From the NCBI GenBank assembly GCA_973895155.1, contig OZ316893.1:12726359-12790358 (forward strand): DNA of 64,000 bases. Direction: 5' to 3'. Source of the stretch: Marsupella aquatica. Lineage: Eukaryota; Plantae; Marchantiophyta. Of this stretch, positions 36,301 to 49,499 are shown in pieces. The stretch's first letter is position 1; each line of letters opens with the position of its first letter. The translations under genes and the position numbers were made by a program. The notes below the pieces were generated by a model that did no database searches, was not told the DNA's origin, and worked only from the letters and a program-made list of their open reading frames with translations.

Positions 36301-37914
36301 GCCGATTGATTGTGCTTGACATAGAACAACATTTGGGCAGAAGCCATTATGCGGCTGATGTCCGAATTATATCTTCTCACGTAGCGGCGTGGTTTTGACT
36401 ATTTTAGTGCAGGCTGGGATTGGTTTCACTTCACAGGGCCGTGACCCCAACGCGGATACATGACCGGCTAGCCGTGACCCCAACGCAGGTCTCAGCAGTT
36501 GGCAATGCAGGGAGCAAACGCAAATTGAAGGCCACTGGCTTGAATCTTGAGAGCGATCACATTTTCAAGTATGCAGCCTCGTCTGTCCGCCTTCTGGTTG
36601 CTAGCTTTGCCTCTAAGGCGGCTTCTCGCTCAGATTCAAAGGGTCACCTTCACAACCTTCACAACTAGATTGACCTTTGACGCCTTGGAGATTTCTATTC
36701 ACACACCAAGATGCGATCGAGTTCATGGCTTCTCGTGGAATCGGCCAGTGTGTTCCACGGCTTTGGTCCCGAGTCCCATATCTCAGTCCAATGTTGATCT
36801 TGAGTAGTATTTAAAGTATTTTCTCCATAGTATGTGGCATGGATACAGCAGTACATGTGTAGTTTGGTCAGACTTGCGAGATGTATATCTGGTCCAGCAG
36901 CTCCACGTCAATGCATGGATATGACTATTTCGACTGCGCTGTTTCTTGTCATGCTTACTATTTGTGTTGAACTCCTCCTAGGTCCCCCTTAAGCAAATAA
37001 TAGTGAAATAGAGAGGTTGGATGGTCTCGTCAAGTGAGCACATTGACTTATTTGATCATTCATTATATTGTTCTTTGTCGGGAGCAGGCACTAGTAGAAA
37101 CCGGGGGGTATTTAGACCCCATTAAACGACTATTCAGTACCGTATAGGACTTGGAAACGACTGGGAAGGACTCCAGTCCTTTATAGGACTGCGAGTCGTA
37201 TGTTTTGTTACTATAATCAACTGAGTCCTTTATAGAACTGGTTTATAAGTCGTTTAATAGACTGGATTTTCAGTCTATTTTAGTCTTTGTGTGGGTAGCT
37301 TTGGTGAGTCGTTTTCAGTCTTTTATGGGCTGCGATGATGAGTCGTTGGGAATGACTAAAAAGGTTATGGAGGGTAGTCTTTAAATATACTTTGTGGGGT
37401 ATGTATAAGTCTTTCATGTCAACTGGATATGAGTGATGAAGACCCCACTATACTACTTGGAATGAACCCACTCTTGTGCACAAATAACATATTGCATTCA
37501 TGTTTTATTGTGTACTTGGAATGAACTCACTCTATAAGTTCACCATTCATCATGTTAACATTAGAATACATAGTTTCAGAAAGCCATCTTCTATACCATG
37601 TACACTAATATGAATTCACAGATTCAAACTTCATAGACTACAAAGAAGGTCACAAAGTATTCTTCTATACCATACACACTAATACTTAAATGATAAAATA
37701 GATTCAAGTATCATAGACAATCACCATAGAGCCATAGTTTGACATCAATCACTTGTTTCATACATACAGAATTCAGAAATATCAATGTCACACACAATGT
37801 CTCCTTCATCCTCTTTACCAAATGGAAAAATTGGTACAGATATTTCTTGGATCTTTCCAAGGCAATGTCAAAATGTGACACAATTCACATGATTCTATCT
37901 ACACTTGCATTCAA

Positions 37915-40900
37915 TCACTGCAGACTAACACACTCTGATGGCCAGAGCACAAGAGATCCTACTGCATCTGCAATTATTTCCTGAGGTGGATCATCGTCTC
38001 TATTCAGAAATGGCAAATTACAATCAAATACAATCACTGTAGTCAACAACACTACTACATGGTCATCCGGGACCACTTTGCCATGGAATTTTGCATGATC
38101 CGGTCGCAAAATGCCTGTACCCACACATACCTGCGAGTCATCCTCCCATGATAGAAGATTATGGGCTGGCTCTGCTGTGGCTATCACCTCCACCTTACCC
38201 TGGCTGTTTTTCTTGGCTTTCCTGGGTGGCTTATACATGACATTATTCATACCTTGGTTGCGAGTCATGACTTTGGCACGAGTGTTTTGTGATGGTGATC
38301 GAGAATTGGCTACACTCTTCTTCAAAGAATCTGCATCCATATTTGACACTTCTGATTGTGTAGCAGGATTTCCCTGCAACATCATCTCAGTATCTGCCAA
38401 CATTGTACTTGCTTCAATTGAAGCATCTACAATCTTACTTGCATCCAATGTTGCTCCCAAGTTTCGACGTCGCTTCACCCTACTCCCACTTGGTTGAGAG
38501 TCTGTCAACTCTGCATCAACTACAATTCAGTGTCATGTCCAACATAAGTCAATCACTCATCACATGTGCTAAATGTACATGTCACCAACCACAAAGTTGT
38601 CACTATCTCCTTACCATTATGAATAGCCTTCTTCCCCTTCTTTGCCATTGCCATATGCTCCATGTCTGCTTCTGTTGATCAATAAACACACCACAATATT
38701 TAGGTTGAATCTATTAACCACTGAATTGTTGCTCAACATTCATATAGAGGAATTTAAAGCATCAGCTTACCTGATACCTCCTTGGCTATGGTCACTGAGG
38801 CACTGGGCACATCTTCTTCATTATTGCTCTTTGAATCACCTGATACATCAATCATGATGTCACATCTGATCCTAGTTCATCCAACCAGTTCTTACAGAAA
38901 AGATTACCTCCAACCGGCTTAAGCTTCACAAAACTCCATGCACTTTTCAAATGTAATGTACTGGATCATAGCAGGTTACCTGTCTCAGCAACCTTCTTGC
39001 CCTTCTGCTTATTGATTACAGGGTCCTTCTCTGCCTCCACTCTTCCTGCATTCAAACCATTCACTCAATTCATGAAAACTTACTTCTAACATTTGAACAT
39101 AGGACACAATGAACAATGGGCCGGTGTCATTTCCATACCTGTGTCAGATTTGCCAATTCTCTTTTTTGTTAACAAGGGCACACTTTGTACAATGTTGCCC
39201 TCATTGTTTGGTTGGGAACCACCCAATTTTTCAATCACAAGCTTGAAATTAGATTCCACTGATGCAAGAAGGTTCGCTACAGATGCCTCCACAATATCCA
39301 AAGGATCAGCCAATTTACTTTCCACTCGAGGGAGTCCACACTCTAATGACTTCAACCGTTCACACATCTCTGTGAGAGTTGTAATAGTTCCCTGTCATAA
39401 CACAGCTTACATATCTCAGATAACTGTCCCCAAGAACTGGTTGCTTACTTCCTACTACATTTCTTTCTGATGCTCAAGGCCAAATAGTCACAGAACATAC
39501 ACAATTACAACATAATCACCTGTTTGGAAGTCACACTTGTCACCTCACTCCTTTGTTTCATGAACTCCTCTCTCACTTCTTGTGCTGATGGTTCTTCACC
39601 TGTCAATTTCTTCTGCAGTCCACATCAACATACATATGAATGAAACCAAGTGTTGATTGTCAATGAAAATGTAATAATGGTAGCAAGATGATAAGTTTGA
39701 GGCTTACTATCAGGCATGTCACTGCCTTACCAATTGTTCTTTCATTGGAGCATAACTTCCTCTCCCAGCCTGTGAAAGGTGTTTCACTTTGCCTCGAGCA
39801 TTTGACATCAGTTCACTCTTGCTCTGTCCAGCCTCCGACATGAACCCTTTGATTAACCGTGTCCATTGATCCAGTTCCAATGATGGGGGTGGTGGCATTC
39901 TCCTGTTAGAACCATTGTCTATCCACATCCTTTTCAACCTATGCCTCTCTTGTTTCAAAATCCTCATTGCATAATCTGATATGCAATCTTCAACTGGGCC
40001 CTTACCATCATTACCAACATAGTCCCACCATTCAAGAATGTCCTTGCAGATAGCAGCCCAATCAGCTTTGTTCTGACTCCTAAACTCTGTAATGCTCAAA
40101 TCTAACCAACGCAATACTTCTCCTCTTAGGTTAGAATGCCAACGGTTCTTACCATCACATGTGGGAGTTATCCAACCTTCGGAATTCACTTCTACTTTAC
40201 CAAATTTGTTACTGTCTCCTGCCTTGGTACTCCTTGAAGCGCTACTAGGTGTCCCTCCACGGCCTGGTGTCCCCCCACGGCCTGGGGTCCCTCCACGGCC
40301 TGATCTCCCCCCACGGCCTGGATTGCATTGTCCAAACCTCCCTGGAGTCCCTGCACATTTACAGGATCCATTTACAGTCACTTACATTAGGTAAGTATGA
40401 ATCATAAATCCTGCTGCCAAATATACATTGGACTTCAGAGCAATTCTGCAATGACCAAGTTACCTCTCCCTTGGCGCATAGATGGTTCTGGACCACCTGT
40501 CCTATTGCTTTGTCTTGATGAATTAGGGCCGTTTCTCCCGCCTATGAATGATTGCCGCCTATCTGAACGTGGATGGCCTTTGTTGTTTTCGTGATTGTCC
40601 CAATCAGAGTCTGCATACCAACAGGTACATGCCACACTCATGGACCTGTAAGATAAACTCTTTGCCCTAGCTACACATCAGATAAGTCCATATTGAGCTA
40701 AATCTCTACTACCATCACAAAATCACTAGCACAAGGCACTTACTTGTCCAATCATCCTCCTCACCTTTCCATTGCCCTCTGTACCCGTCTCTACCACGCT
40801 CTGGGTGTTCATATTCATCCCATCCATCTTCTGCTCCATCATAGTCATCATCATAATTATCAGGCGTCCCTTGCCAATAACTCTGGCTCCTTCTAGGGTA

Positions 40901-41810
40901 TGGATTATGTGATTTCTCTCTAGCTGCCCACCTACCTAGGACTTGATGAGGGCCCTGGGCCCTCACTCTTACTATATAAAGTGAACCCCCCTGAGAACAG
41001 ACACCCCCCATGTACCCCTTCTTAATATTTTTGTTCACAAAAAAAATCCCCTTGTTAATGTAAAAATATTAACTTTTCTTATTAAATTTTATCCTTTTGT
41101 AAATTATAATATAGTTTTTCAAGGAATTGAAAACATCCTTGAATTTTTAAAATTGCAAATATCATACTGAAATAGATAAGACTTTATTTTGCATAGGGGA
41201 CTTGTATGTTACGCCTTTGTTTAGGGTACATATTTTATATAGTTAAACAAAATTAGTACCAGAGAATTATAGTTCTTCCTGTAGTATACAGACAAGCATG
41301 GCTGCACTATCCTCTCAGTGTTCCTAAAGCCCACGAAACCAAACTTGCCTTATGACGACAAATAATTAAATATCTGATTTACTATATGAACATGTGCGCA
41401 AGTAAAGTGATGACATGTGTGTCAACCATATAGTGACATGTGTACTTGGCATTTTGGGTACCCTTGCATAAGATTAATCTGACATGTATTTGATAAGAGC
41501 CTTATTACTAATATTGTGCTGAATATATATACAGGGATGTTGCCTACTTTAAAAACTATTATAAAAATTAGTTTGCATTACATTAAAAACACCCTTGCGA
41601 TGTTCGCACGTCCTCCTTGTATTAGTAACACTTAGGGCCCAGGGGATGAGGGCCCTGTGCATCCTGCACAGGTGCATTTTTCTGTGAGCCCCCTGCATCT
41701 GGGTCTCCATCCATATCCAATCTTTCCTCTTCACCCCACTCTCCAAGCCCCATGTCTGTCTCCATGTCATCACCCTCTTCCCCCATAGCTTCTGCACAGC
41801 ACCCACAACC
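37915..41810 (-). pseudogene. Multi-exon second CACTA ORF (TnpA-like position), interrupted by a MITE
   Basis: Exon-like ORFs 37915-38508, 39086-39367, 39719-40381 (GGTPGR repeats, DQWTRLI..S..MSNARGK), 40435-40641 and 40715-40952. The exon reads through (PVQDAQGPHQVLG) once 40953-41644 is removed. Confidence 0.6.
40953..41644 (-). mobile_element. 692-bp non-autonomous derivative (MITE) of the P-like element, inverted relative to it
   Basis: TIRs CCCTGGGCCCT; TSD GATGAGGG at 40945-40952 and 41645-41652. Its two halves match the two termini of 33319-61817. Confidence 0.93.
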
Positions 41811-41963
41811 AAACAGGGAGAATCAGCACACTAAATTCAAAGTATCAATCAATTTCATGCATATCCAACTATCCTAAACATCATTCCAGGCAGCAATTCC
41901 CGTTCTGTGACTCTGTGCAGGTAGTCATCCTCAACCTCATACTTGCCAATCGCCAGCTGTTGC

Positions 41964-44900
41964 CTATTGCAAATCATCAACCTCATCATATTCCATTTGC
42001 CCAGGTTCATCATATGTCTCTCTCAATGTTAAGGGGATGTAGTCAGTCCCTGCCCGAGTTGGAAGTACAGTCTCATGACTAGGATGCTCGAATGCAGCAT
42101 GGTCATCCAAACTGAACTCTACTTTACTTCCATCCATCCGCCTGTTCCGTGCTTGGCTATGGCATACCACCCTCCAGCCATGTGACTCCTCCACATCTGC
42201 AAAGAAAGCCTGTTCAACTTGGCTAGGGAAAACAAAAGGCTCAGACCATTCTGGTACTCTGGACCTAAAATTGGCCAACAAGAACCCATCATGATCACGC
42301 TTCATGGTGGCCCTTGGTCTCTGCCACTCTGATTTCACCCATGATCCCTTCATCAATATCACTGGGACACTTGTGTTACCATAATTCAACACCCAAATGT
42401 CGGTCAACTCCCCCACGTAACCCATCTTCATCCACCCCCTCTGTTCTTCAGAGGTTCTCTGCTCAAACACAGAAATCAAACCACAATCATATGATACACA
42501 ATGGTCACCCTGCTCATCCCTCACTCGATAATGATTTCCATAAGCTCTCATCCGTTTGTAGGTCAGAATAGACAATCGTGGTGGCACAGATAGAAGATAC
42601 AAATCCTTCTCCATATCTGGGTGATGTCTACTATGCTCTCGAATTGTCACCCGAATCCACTGCTCGAACTGTGGGAAGGGATCCTGCTGCCCATAGTGTG
42701 CAGCTTTTTGCATATCATATTCCCTGCAATATGAGGTACAGGCATAGTTAGGTCTAAACAACATATGACAACCTAAGATCACCCTTGGAACAGACAAGAA
42801 GCATCACAACAAAGGCAAGTCAATTCAATCACTCACCTCCACCATGGTTGCATAGGCTCTGTGTTTGCCAGCACATATGAATGAGCCTTGTCTCGAATCG
42901 CAACAGGCAGCTGAACAGCACGTCCCACACCTTCAACAACCTCGCCACTCACTCCATCATCTTCACCAGATTTCCAAACTCTTGTCATAGCTTCACCAGA
43001 CCCAGCCATGTACTCTGTTAGGAATCCCAACGTCTCATCCTTAATGTACCCCAATGCCATGGAAGCCTCTGGCCTGTAGTATGTTCTCACATGACCTTTC
43101 AACAACTTCATGTATCGCTCCATAGGGTACATCCATCTGGTACTGACTGGCCCATACTGCCCTAGCTCTTCTACCACATGGATTAGGAGATGAGTCATAA
43201 CATCAAAGAAAGCAGGGGGAAGTATATCTCCAAGTCACAGAGGACATAAGCAGCATCCTGCTTCAACTGCTCCAATCCTTGGGGATCCCACACTTTCACA
43301 CATATACGGCGAAATACATTGCACAGTCGAAGAATGACATTGCGGACTGGTTTCTGCATGAGACCTTTGAGGCATAGGGGCAGAATGTGCTGCATCATCA
43401 ACACATGGTAGTCATGTGTTTTCATACTGCCAAGTTTATTCTTTGTAATATGCTTCTTAAAGGCACCAGCATAGGCAGAGGGCACTTTCAGACAGCTCAA
43501 TCTATACAAGAATGTCTTCCATTCATCCTGTGTGCACACATAGGGAGCTTGGAACTTGAGAAGTACATTGGGATTGCTTGCATGGGGCTTCAACCAAAGG
43601 TGAGGGCGAATCCCCTTCTGTTGCATATTAGCTCGAACTGCTCCTGTATCTTTCTCACCCGACAAGAACTTCAGCAAGCTCTCACAAATATTTTTCTCAA
43701 TGTGCATGACGTCCACATTGTGTTTGTTGGGCTCGAATTCTTGCACTCCACAAAGCAAAGAATTCAACAACAGAAACACTAATTAACCACATAGGAGGAT
43801 TGTAACCAACATCAATCCACCATTGCTCCAATCTAAAATTGCAATCATACAGGGGCTGGAGGCTAAGTACATTACCCTCCAGTACTCCAACTCCAAGTCC
43901 ATCAAGGTCTGTCTTTTCACACCGTGTTTCACCACTGGATCCTCAGGTTCTCGATCAGTGGCACTTCTCTTGTCCCAATCAGCCTTCCTGGCTGCCCACC
44001 TCAGGACTTGCTCTCTGGTGACCCTCTGTGGTGGGCCACGAAGCTCTGTTTTGTTGTTGAAGTGTGCAATTTGAGACCGTGTGTGCCTGTAAGGATGATC
44101 AACAGGCAGATACCTTCTATGCCCCTGAAATTTCATACTGTGCAGGGCATGCGACCACTCACTTGTCACATTTTTCCCACATGGTGTGCACCCCACATAG
44201 CCCTTTGTCACTCGTCCAGATATGATGCCATGGCCTGGGTAATCTGCTATATCCAGCAAACAAATTGCATGCAGTCTAAAGGGGCTGGGTCAAAGAAGCC
44301 CCTTCAGAACATCATGGGTTAACACCCCTTCTATCCACAAAGTCTTCCACTCTTCCACTGCTGGAGCCAACATGATATCTATGAATTGCTCGGTCACAGA
44401 AGCTGGTCCAGGGATTAACAGCACCATCATGACAAAAAACCTCTTTGTAGTCATCCATGGGGGAAGGTTGTAATTTAGCAGCGTAACCGGCCAACATGAA
44501 TAACGGTTGTTTTTGTCTCCAAATGGGTTTACTCCATCCAGTGATAGACCAAATCGAAAGTTCCGCTTCTCTGCAGCAAACTGTGGCCACCTCTCATCAA
44601 CAAATTTCCAATGGTTGGAATCTCCAATGTGACGCTGCAGGCCATCACTGCTCTTGTTATCATGAGTCCATGTCATCAGCTTGGAAATGGCAGGGCATCT
44701 AAACAGACGTTGTAGTCTAGGAATGAGAGGAAAATGACGAAGAACCTTGGCAGGATGTGTACATTTCCCTACATTCTTGTACCTGTGCTTACCACAATGA
44801 GGGCATGTCAATTTATCTGCATGCTCTTTGCGAAAGAGAACACACCCATCAGGGCACGCGTCAATAGACACATAGTTCAGCCCAAGGTTAGACATCAATT

Positions 44901-45666
44901 TCCTAGCCTCGTACATATTTTTTGGAATTGAATTACCATCTGGTAACACATTTCGGCGCAGGAAGGTCAACAACTCTATCACAAATATATTGGGAACATT
45001 GTGATTGCCACAGATGTTCAACAACAACACGACAAAACCCAGCTTGGAGCAGTTCGACCCCTTGTAGATAGGAATGCAAGCTTCTTTGATGTGTTTTGGG
45101 CCCCCAAACACCCACTCCCTCTCTGCTGCACCTTCCCCAATGTCAAAGTCAGGTTCAGCTTGGCCGTCGCCAATGTGTGGCTGCAGTTCATTGTCCTCTT
45201 CTGATTCCACTGTGTCGTAAAAAGCATCAAGGTCTTCAAAAATCTCTTGAACCATTCTTGGGACATCCATCCCACCGTCCTCAGTGATTGCCTCTGCCTC
45301 TCCATCTTGGTCATCCACGTTCTCATGTTGGACCCCAGGACCATCCCCTGCACAGTCTATGTCCTGCTCTACGTAGTCTCTACGCCTAGCTGTATTAGAA
45401 TCCACAAAGTCAGCTCTCCACTCTTCATCAGAGGAGTCTTCTTCTGCTGGTACATTCCAAACCCTCCACCGAGGGTGCCTTTCATGCCGCAGCAGGTGAA
45501 GGTGCACAGTGTTCAAACTCAACGACTTGAATCCTTGGCACTGTGTGCATGGGCATCTCATCCTCCTACTCCTACCTTGGGCGGCCCGGGCTTGTTCACG
45601 CATCCACAATTTAGAATCATGATGCCTAATCCTAAATGGGTTGTGAAGAGGCAACCTTGGAGCCAT
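41964..45666 (-). pseudogene. CACTA TnpD-like transposase (Transposase_21 / DUF4218 / DUF4216 type), with stop and frameshifts
   Basis: IDACPDGCVLF, CPHCG, LRHFPLIPRLQRLF, LSLDGVNPFG, YSCWPV.LLNYNLPPW, DYPG, DVMHIEKN, KTHDYHV, RWMYPMERYMKLLK, EPFVFPSQVEQAFF. In-frame TGA at 44290 and a frameshift near 43200. Confidence 0.92.
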
Positions 45667-45992
45667 CACTATACACACGCACTCAGCACCCTATCATTTT
45701 ATTATGCAAGTGAAAAATACACTTCCTGTTAAGGATTTCACCCCCGACTGTACTTGCCAAAATACGTAACGTTCCAAAAAAACAAAAAAACAAAAAATAT
45801 AGGTGCCTGAGTCATGTACCTATTCTCAAGTGAATGAGACAAAATTCCTAAATGTTTGAGGGTGTCAACTCCTCCGCTGTCCTCACATGTACTGCCTCTG
45901 CACGTACATCCATGACCATATCAGAGTCCAATCATGTATAGTCATAGACACAGGTGCCAGGTGCGAGACCGGTGTGAGATGTCCTCATCTTA

Positions 45993-46466
45993 CTACCACA
46001 TCAAATACGGATACCAATCCTGTTGTCGATGCCACTCAGCCCTGAGGTACTCAGGCATGTACATTAAGTCATCAAGGTCTAAACCCTGCTCATGCCATGG
46101 TGGTCTTCGATCCGTGCCTACAAGCAGTGGCAGCAGTGCCCTCCATGGTGCACATGTTGCTACCAAGTCCCTCCACTGGGTACTAATTAGTCTATATTTG
46201 CAGATATCTTGTGCGCCAGACACCACAAGAACCCTCGGCCAGACATGTGTAAGAACTATATCATCTGCCAAATCAGGCAACAAGGAACCACCTACAGCAT
46301 CGTGCTTGTCTAACTCATCTGCTGAAAAGTAAATGTCCTCTTCCGACTGTGCATCCTCATTCACCACAGCATTCACAACACATCCAAGGTCTGCAGGCAT
46401 TATCTCGGATGGAGCTACACTCTGTCTGGTTACCAATCCACACAAGTAAGCCCAAGCAGTAGCCAT
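45993..46466 (-). CDS. CACTA cargo: small F-box-like protein
   Basis: LLPDLADDIVLTHVWPRV...ICKYRLISTQWRDLV fits the F-box pattern LP.L..di...i......r.v...Wr.lv. First ATG after a plausible acceptor is at 46466. Confidence 0.6.
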   Translation of the reverse strand: MATAWAYLCGLVTRQSVAPSEIMPADLGCVVNAVVNEDAQSEEDIYFSADELDKHDAVGGSLLPDLADDIVLTHVWPRVLVVSGAQDICKYRLISTQWRDLVATCAPWRALLPLLVGTDRRPPWHEQGLDLDDLMYMPEYLRAEWHRQQDWYPYLMW

Positions 46467-46702
46467 GCACGATGCAACCCGTAGGAGGACCCTACATAGG
46501 GCCTGACGGTTTGGAAGAGGCAGCATACCCACCAAAGTCTTCAACCAAACAGAGCCCAGCAAGTAGATTCACAGTCACACCCCACGCAGCAGGAAACAAC
46601 AATCACTTCAACTGCGACCAACCATGACAAGATGAGTTAGTTCAAGGATCACATTTATTACAAAATTGTGATTTATACAAAAATATGAGGGACTCCTACT
46701 CC

Positions 46703-47551
46703 TCACTCTCTCCCACCTTTGCTAAGCATACATCTCCGCTGAATCTTGGAGGGCCAGGCCTCAAAAATATCAAAGTCCCAAGCATGCTGTCGCTTCCCTC
46801 TAGCTGCTGATTCCAGAAGCCAATCAGGGGAAAGCACCCAAAGATTGTTGTTCATGACAAAATCACGCACTATTGTCTTAAAGAATTTTCTGCATATTTT
46901 CATGTATGACAGACCTACAACATGAGTGGAGGTTTCTGTTAGACTCTCCTCCACTGTCCCACCTAGCTCAACAACTATGGACTTGTATAGTCTGCACTTA
47001 GTCTCCCCAATTCCTTCTTCTGCAAATACCACACTGAACCCCTTCATAATGGTATTTCTCTCCTTGCCATGCTCATTCAATATAGCATCTGCACGCATAG
47101 GATGGTGTCCTATGTTGACAACAGGTCCATATTGGACAGAAGCAAAGTTGGGTTTCTCTGCCGCTGCTTCATAGGCTTCCTTTTCAGCCAAAGCCTCTGC
47201 AGTGGCCTCCTCACTCTCCCACAACTCATATTGCTCAGTACTCTGTACACACCTATGTTTAACAGAATCGGTCAGCCAAGAGACTTCAACTACTTTTAGA
47301 CCTTGGTTGGTAATGGCAGAATCAATGAAGGACCATGACCACTTGTTCATCACATCCAGCCATGTCCCCGCAACAACATGTGTAGTCTGTGGAGTGATGT
47401 CCTTGACTTCAGTCCCATGGAACTCTGAGAATCGTTTTTGTACGATTGGCCAACTCACTTGGGTGAACCCATAGTGGCCAGGAATCAAAATGGCTTTGAT
47501 TCCAGCCAACAGAGGCGGGTGGTCAACCTTTGTACGTTTCCTAGAGGCCAT
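46703..47551 (-). CDS. CACTA cargo: tandem BRCT-domain protein
   Basis: Two repeats carry BRCT hallmarks: ITPQTTHVVA...LKVVEVSWLTDSVK and VVELGGTVEESLTETSTHVVG...WVLSPDWLLESAARG. Open and intronless. Confidence 0.75.
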   Translation of the reverse strand: MASRKRTKVDHPPLLAGIKAILIPGHYGFTQVSWPIVQKRFSEFHGTEVKDITPQTTHVVAGTWLDVMNKWSWSFIDSAITNQGLKVVEVSWLTDSVKHRCVQSTEQYELWESEEATAEALAEKEAYEAAAEKPNFASVQYGPVVNIGHHPMRADAILNEHGKERNTIMKGFSVVFAEEGIGETKCRLYKSIVVELGGTVEESLTETSTHVVGLSYMKICRKFFKTIVRDFVMNNNLWVLSPDWLLESAARGKRQHAWDFDIFEAWPSKIQRRCMLSKGGRE

Positions 47552-48149
47552 GTACACACGGGCCACCTAATCACTGCAGACCAGAAGATAATGCGTTCAC
47601 CTGATAATCGGAGGGCCCTTAAAATGCTGCGTTTATAACTTGGTCCAGTCCAGTCGTCTGGTGAGTCTCTGCTCCGATTCCAAACGGGAGAAATATTGGG
47701 ACAAACATACTAGACACCTGCAAGCATGCACCTCATAGTTTGAATATGTGTCTTCACAATATTGAAGGTGACAAGTGCAATTGTTTTGTGATGCCACATA
47801 CAGATGTTGTAAATGGGCAGACATTCAATGAGAATACAAAATGTTGGTACACTTTAAGGGAATTCTCGCAAATTAAATAGCCTTGTAACTTATATGCTCA
47901 TAATGAGAAGTCCTGATTTAATTTAAGCAGTGTCATGTAAGTCGTGATCAAAATGATTGCAGAGTTAAAAAAGTTCCTAGAAGGCTTAAGGGGAGTTTTT
48001 GAAGGCATGTACCCAGGAACAAGTAATGAACTTAGGGTACTTGTTGCCTAAGCATCCTCTCCTACAGAGGTCCTTCTTCTCAAAATTGGAATGTCTGCAA
48101 TCTCCAAGGTATCCACATCAGGTGCACTATGCATGTACATTATTCAGGT

Positions 48150-48830
48150 TCAAAGCCAAGAAATGTGATCTCTCATGGGAGTGTGCAAAGTAGGATCTAT
48201 GGCATGGCGATGACAATAGGAGATCCATCGATCAACACCATGTGCAGAGTGATCATAGATGTGTCTGTCACAAGCATAGCCTTCTGCTTGACGCTCCTTC
48301 AAACAATGAAAGTGCCACATGGTGGGACACCTAACACAGTGGACTATGTCCACCCAGAAATCTTCATCGTGCTGACCACATGCCTTGCACTTATGAAGTG
48401 GGCAAGCTGTGGCAAGATCGGGCAAACATGAAAAACAAAAGAACCTCACACAATATCTGTCAGGGCATTTCCTAACAAGTGGTGGAGCATCAACAGAGCC
48501 CTCATAAGACCCCAACTTCCCACACTGTGCACACTTAGCCTGCTTCTCCAAACAATCAGTGCACATCCAGCCTCCCTGGTGTGCTGACGGGAGGCCCACC
48601 CCTGGACAGTTGTTTTTTGCAGCAAGGTCAGACTCCGGGTTGAGGTGGAAATGCCTCATGCAAGGGCCCTCACATATGGCTAAGCCACCACCATCGTCAC
48701 AAATGGCACAACAATGAGCTGCCTTCTGGAAAATCTGACTTGCAGAGAAGTTACTACCATCTGGCCCAACTACACCTGTGTTGCTCACCTCTGTCCCCCA
48801 CTTCTTGGCTCGGATTTTAGGGCGTGCCAT
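48150..48830 (-). CDS. CACTA cargo: EDM2/NSD-type multi-PHD finger protein
   Basis: CAICDDGG..ICEGPCMRHFH..C..WMCTDC..KCAQCGKLGS..KC..C.RFF..CPLHKCKACG..CVRCPTMWHFHCL follows the EDM2 PHD cluster pattern. Intact 226-aa ORF starting with ATG. Confidence 0.8.
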   Translation of the reverse strand: MARPKIRAKKWGTEVSNTGVVGPDGSNFSASQIFQKAAHCCAICDDGGGLAICEGPCMRHFHLNPESDLAAKNNCPGVGLPSAHQGGWMCTDCLEKQAKCAQCGKLGSYEGSVDAPPLVRKCPDRYCVRFFCFSCLPDLATACPLHKCKACGQHDEDFWVDIVHCVRCPTMWHFHCLKERQAEGYACDRHIYDHSAHGVDRWISYCHRHAIDPTLHTPMRDHISWL

Positions 48831-49499
48831 GCCTACGCATGAGACAGATAGTACAATTTAGCAGAGTGCACAGACAATACAATTTAGTGCAGTGTACAAA
48901 AAGTACAGTGTAGCATATAGACTAGAGTGGCAATTGCTACTGCAATGAAATGTTCACACACATGTGCAGAGTAGACATACTTTTTGGTTTGTTGAGCCCA
49001 CACTAAAAACTGATCCCCTCGTACAATAGCTCCACCTACACCTCAATTTTGTGGCTATGATTCACCAAAGGAGATCTGCAACAAGATTTAATGCATTTGA
49101 ATCACATATAACAGTCGTGACATGTAAAACAGGCATTTTTTGAACAGGATTGGTATCAAGCACTGTGATCAGGGTTGTAATTTATACATCCTAAATAGGC
49201 TATGATAGTGAATGAGACAAATAAGTTAGGCATAAATCACTTTTTCCAGGTTATCACATGGCCCATTAATTCCAGTCTTTGAAAGGAGACTTTTAAGTGA
49301 GCTTGCTAGCCTCTTAAATTAGGATATTGTACTTAGTGCAGCCATAATAGGATAAGTTATGTACTGTTGACCCTAAACCCTGGACCCAAAATTGGTCATA
49401 ATTCAAAATCTTAAGTAAATATCCTCTCTGTTCAAGTCAAAGTGTTAAGTTATAGGTCAATGGTCTCTGGTTTGTGCATGCGGTGTGACAAGTGGTCCT

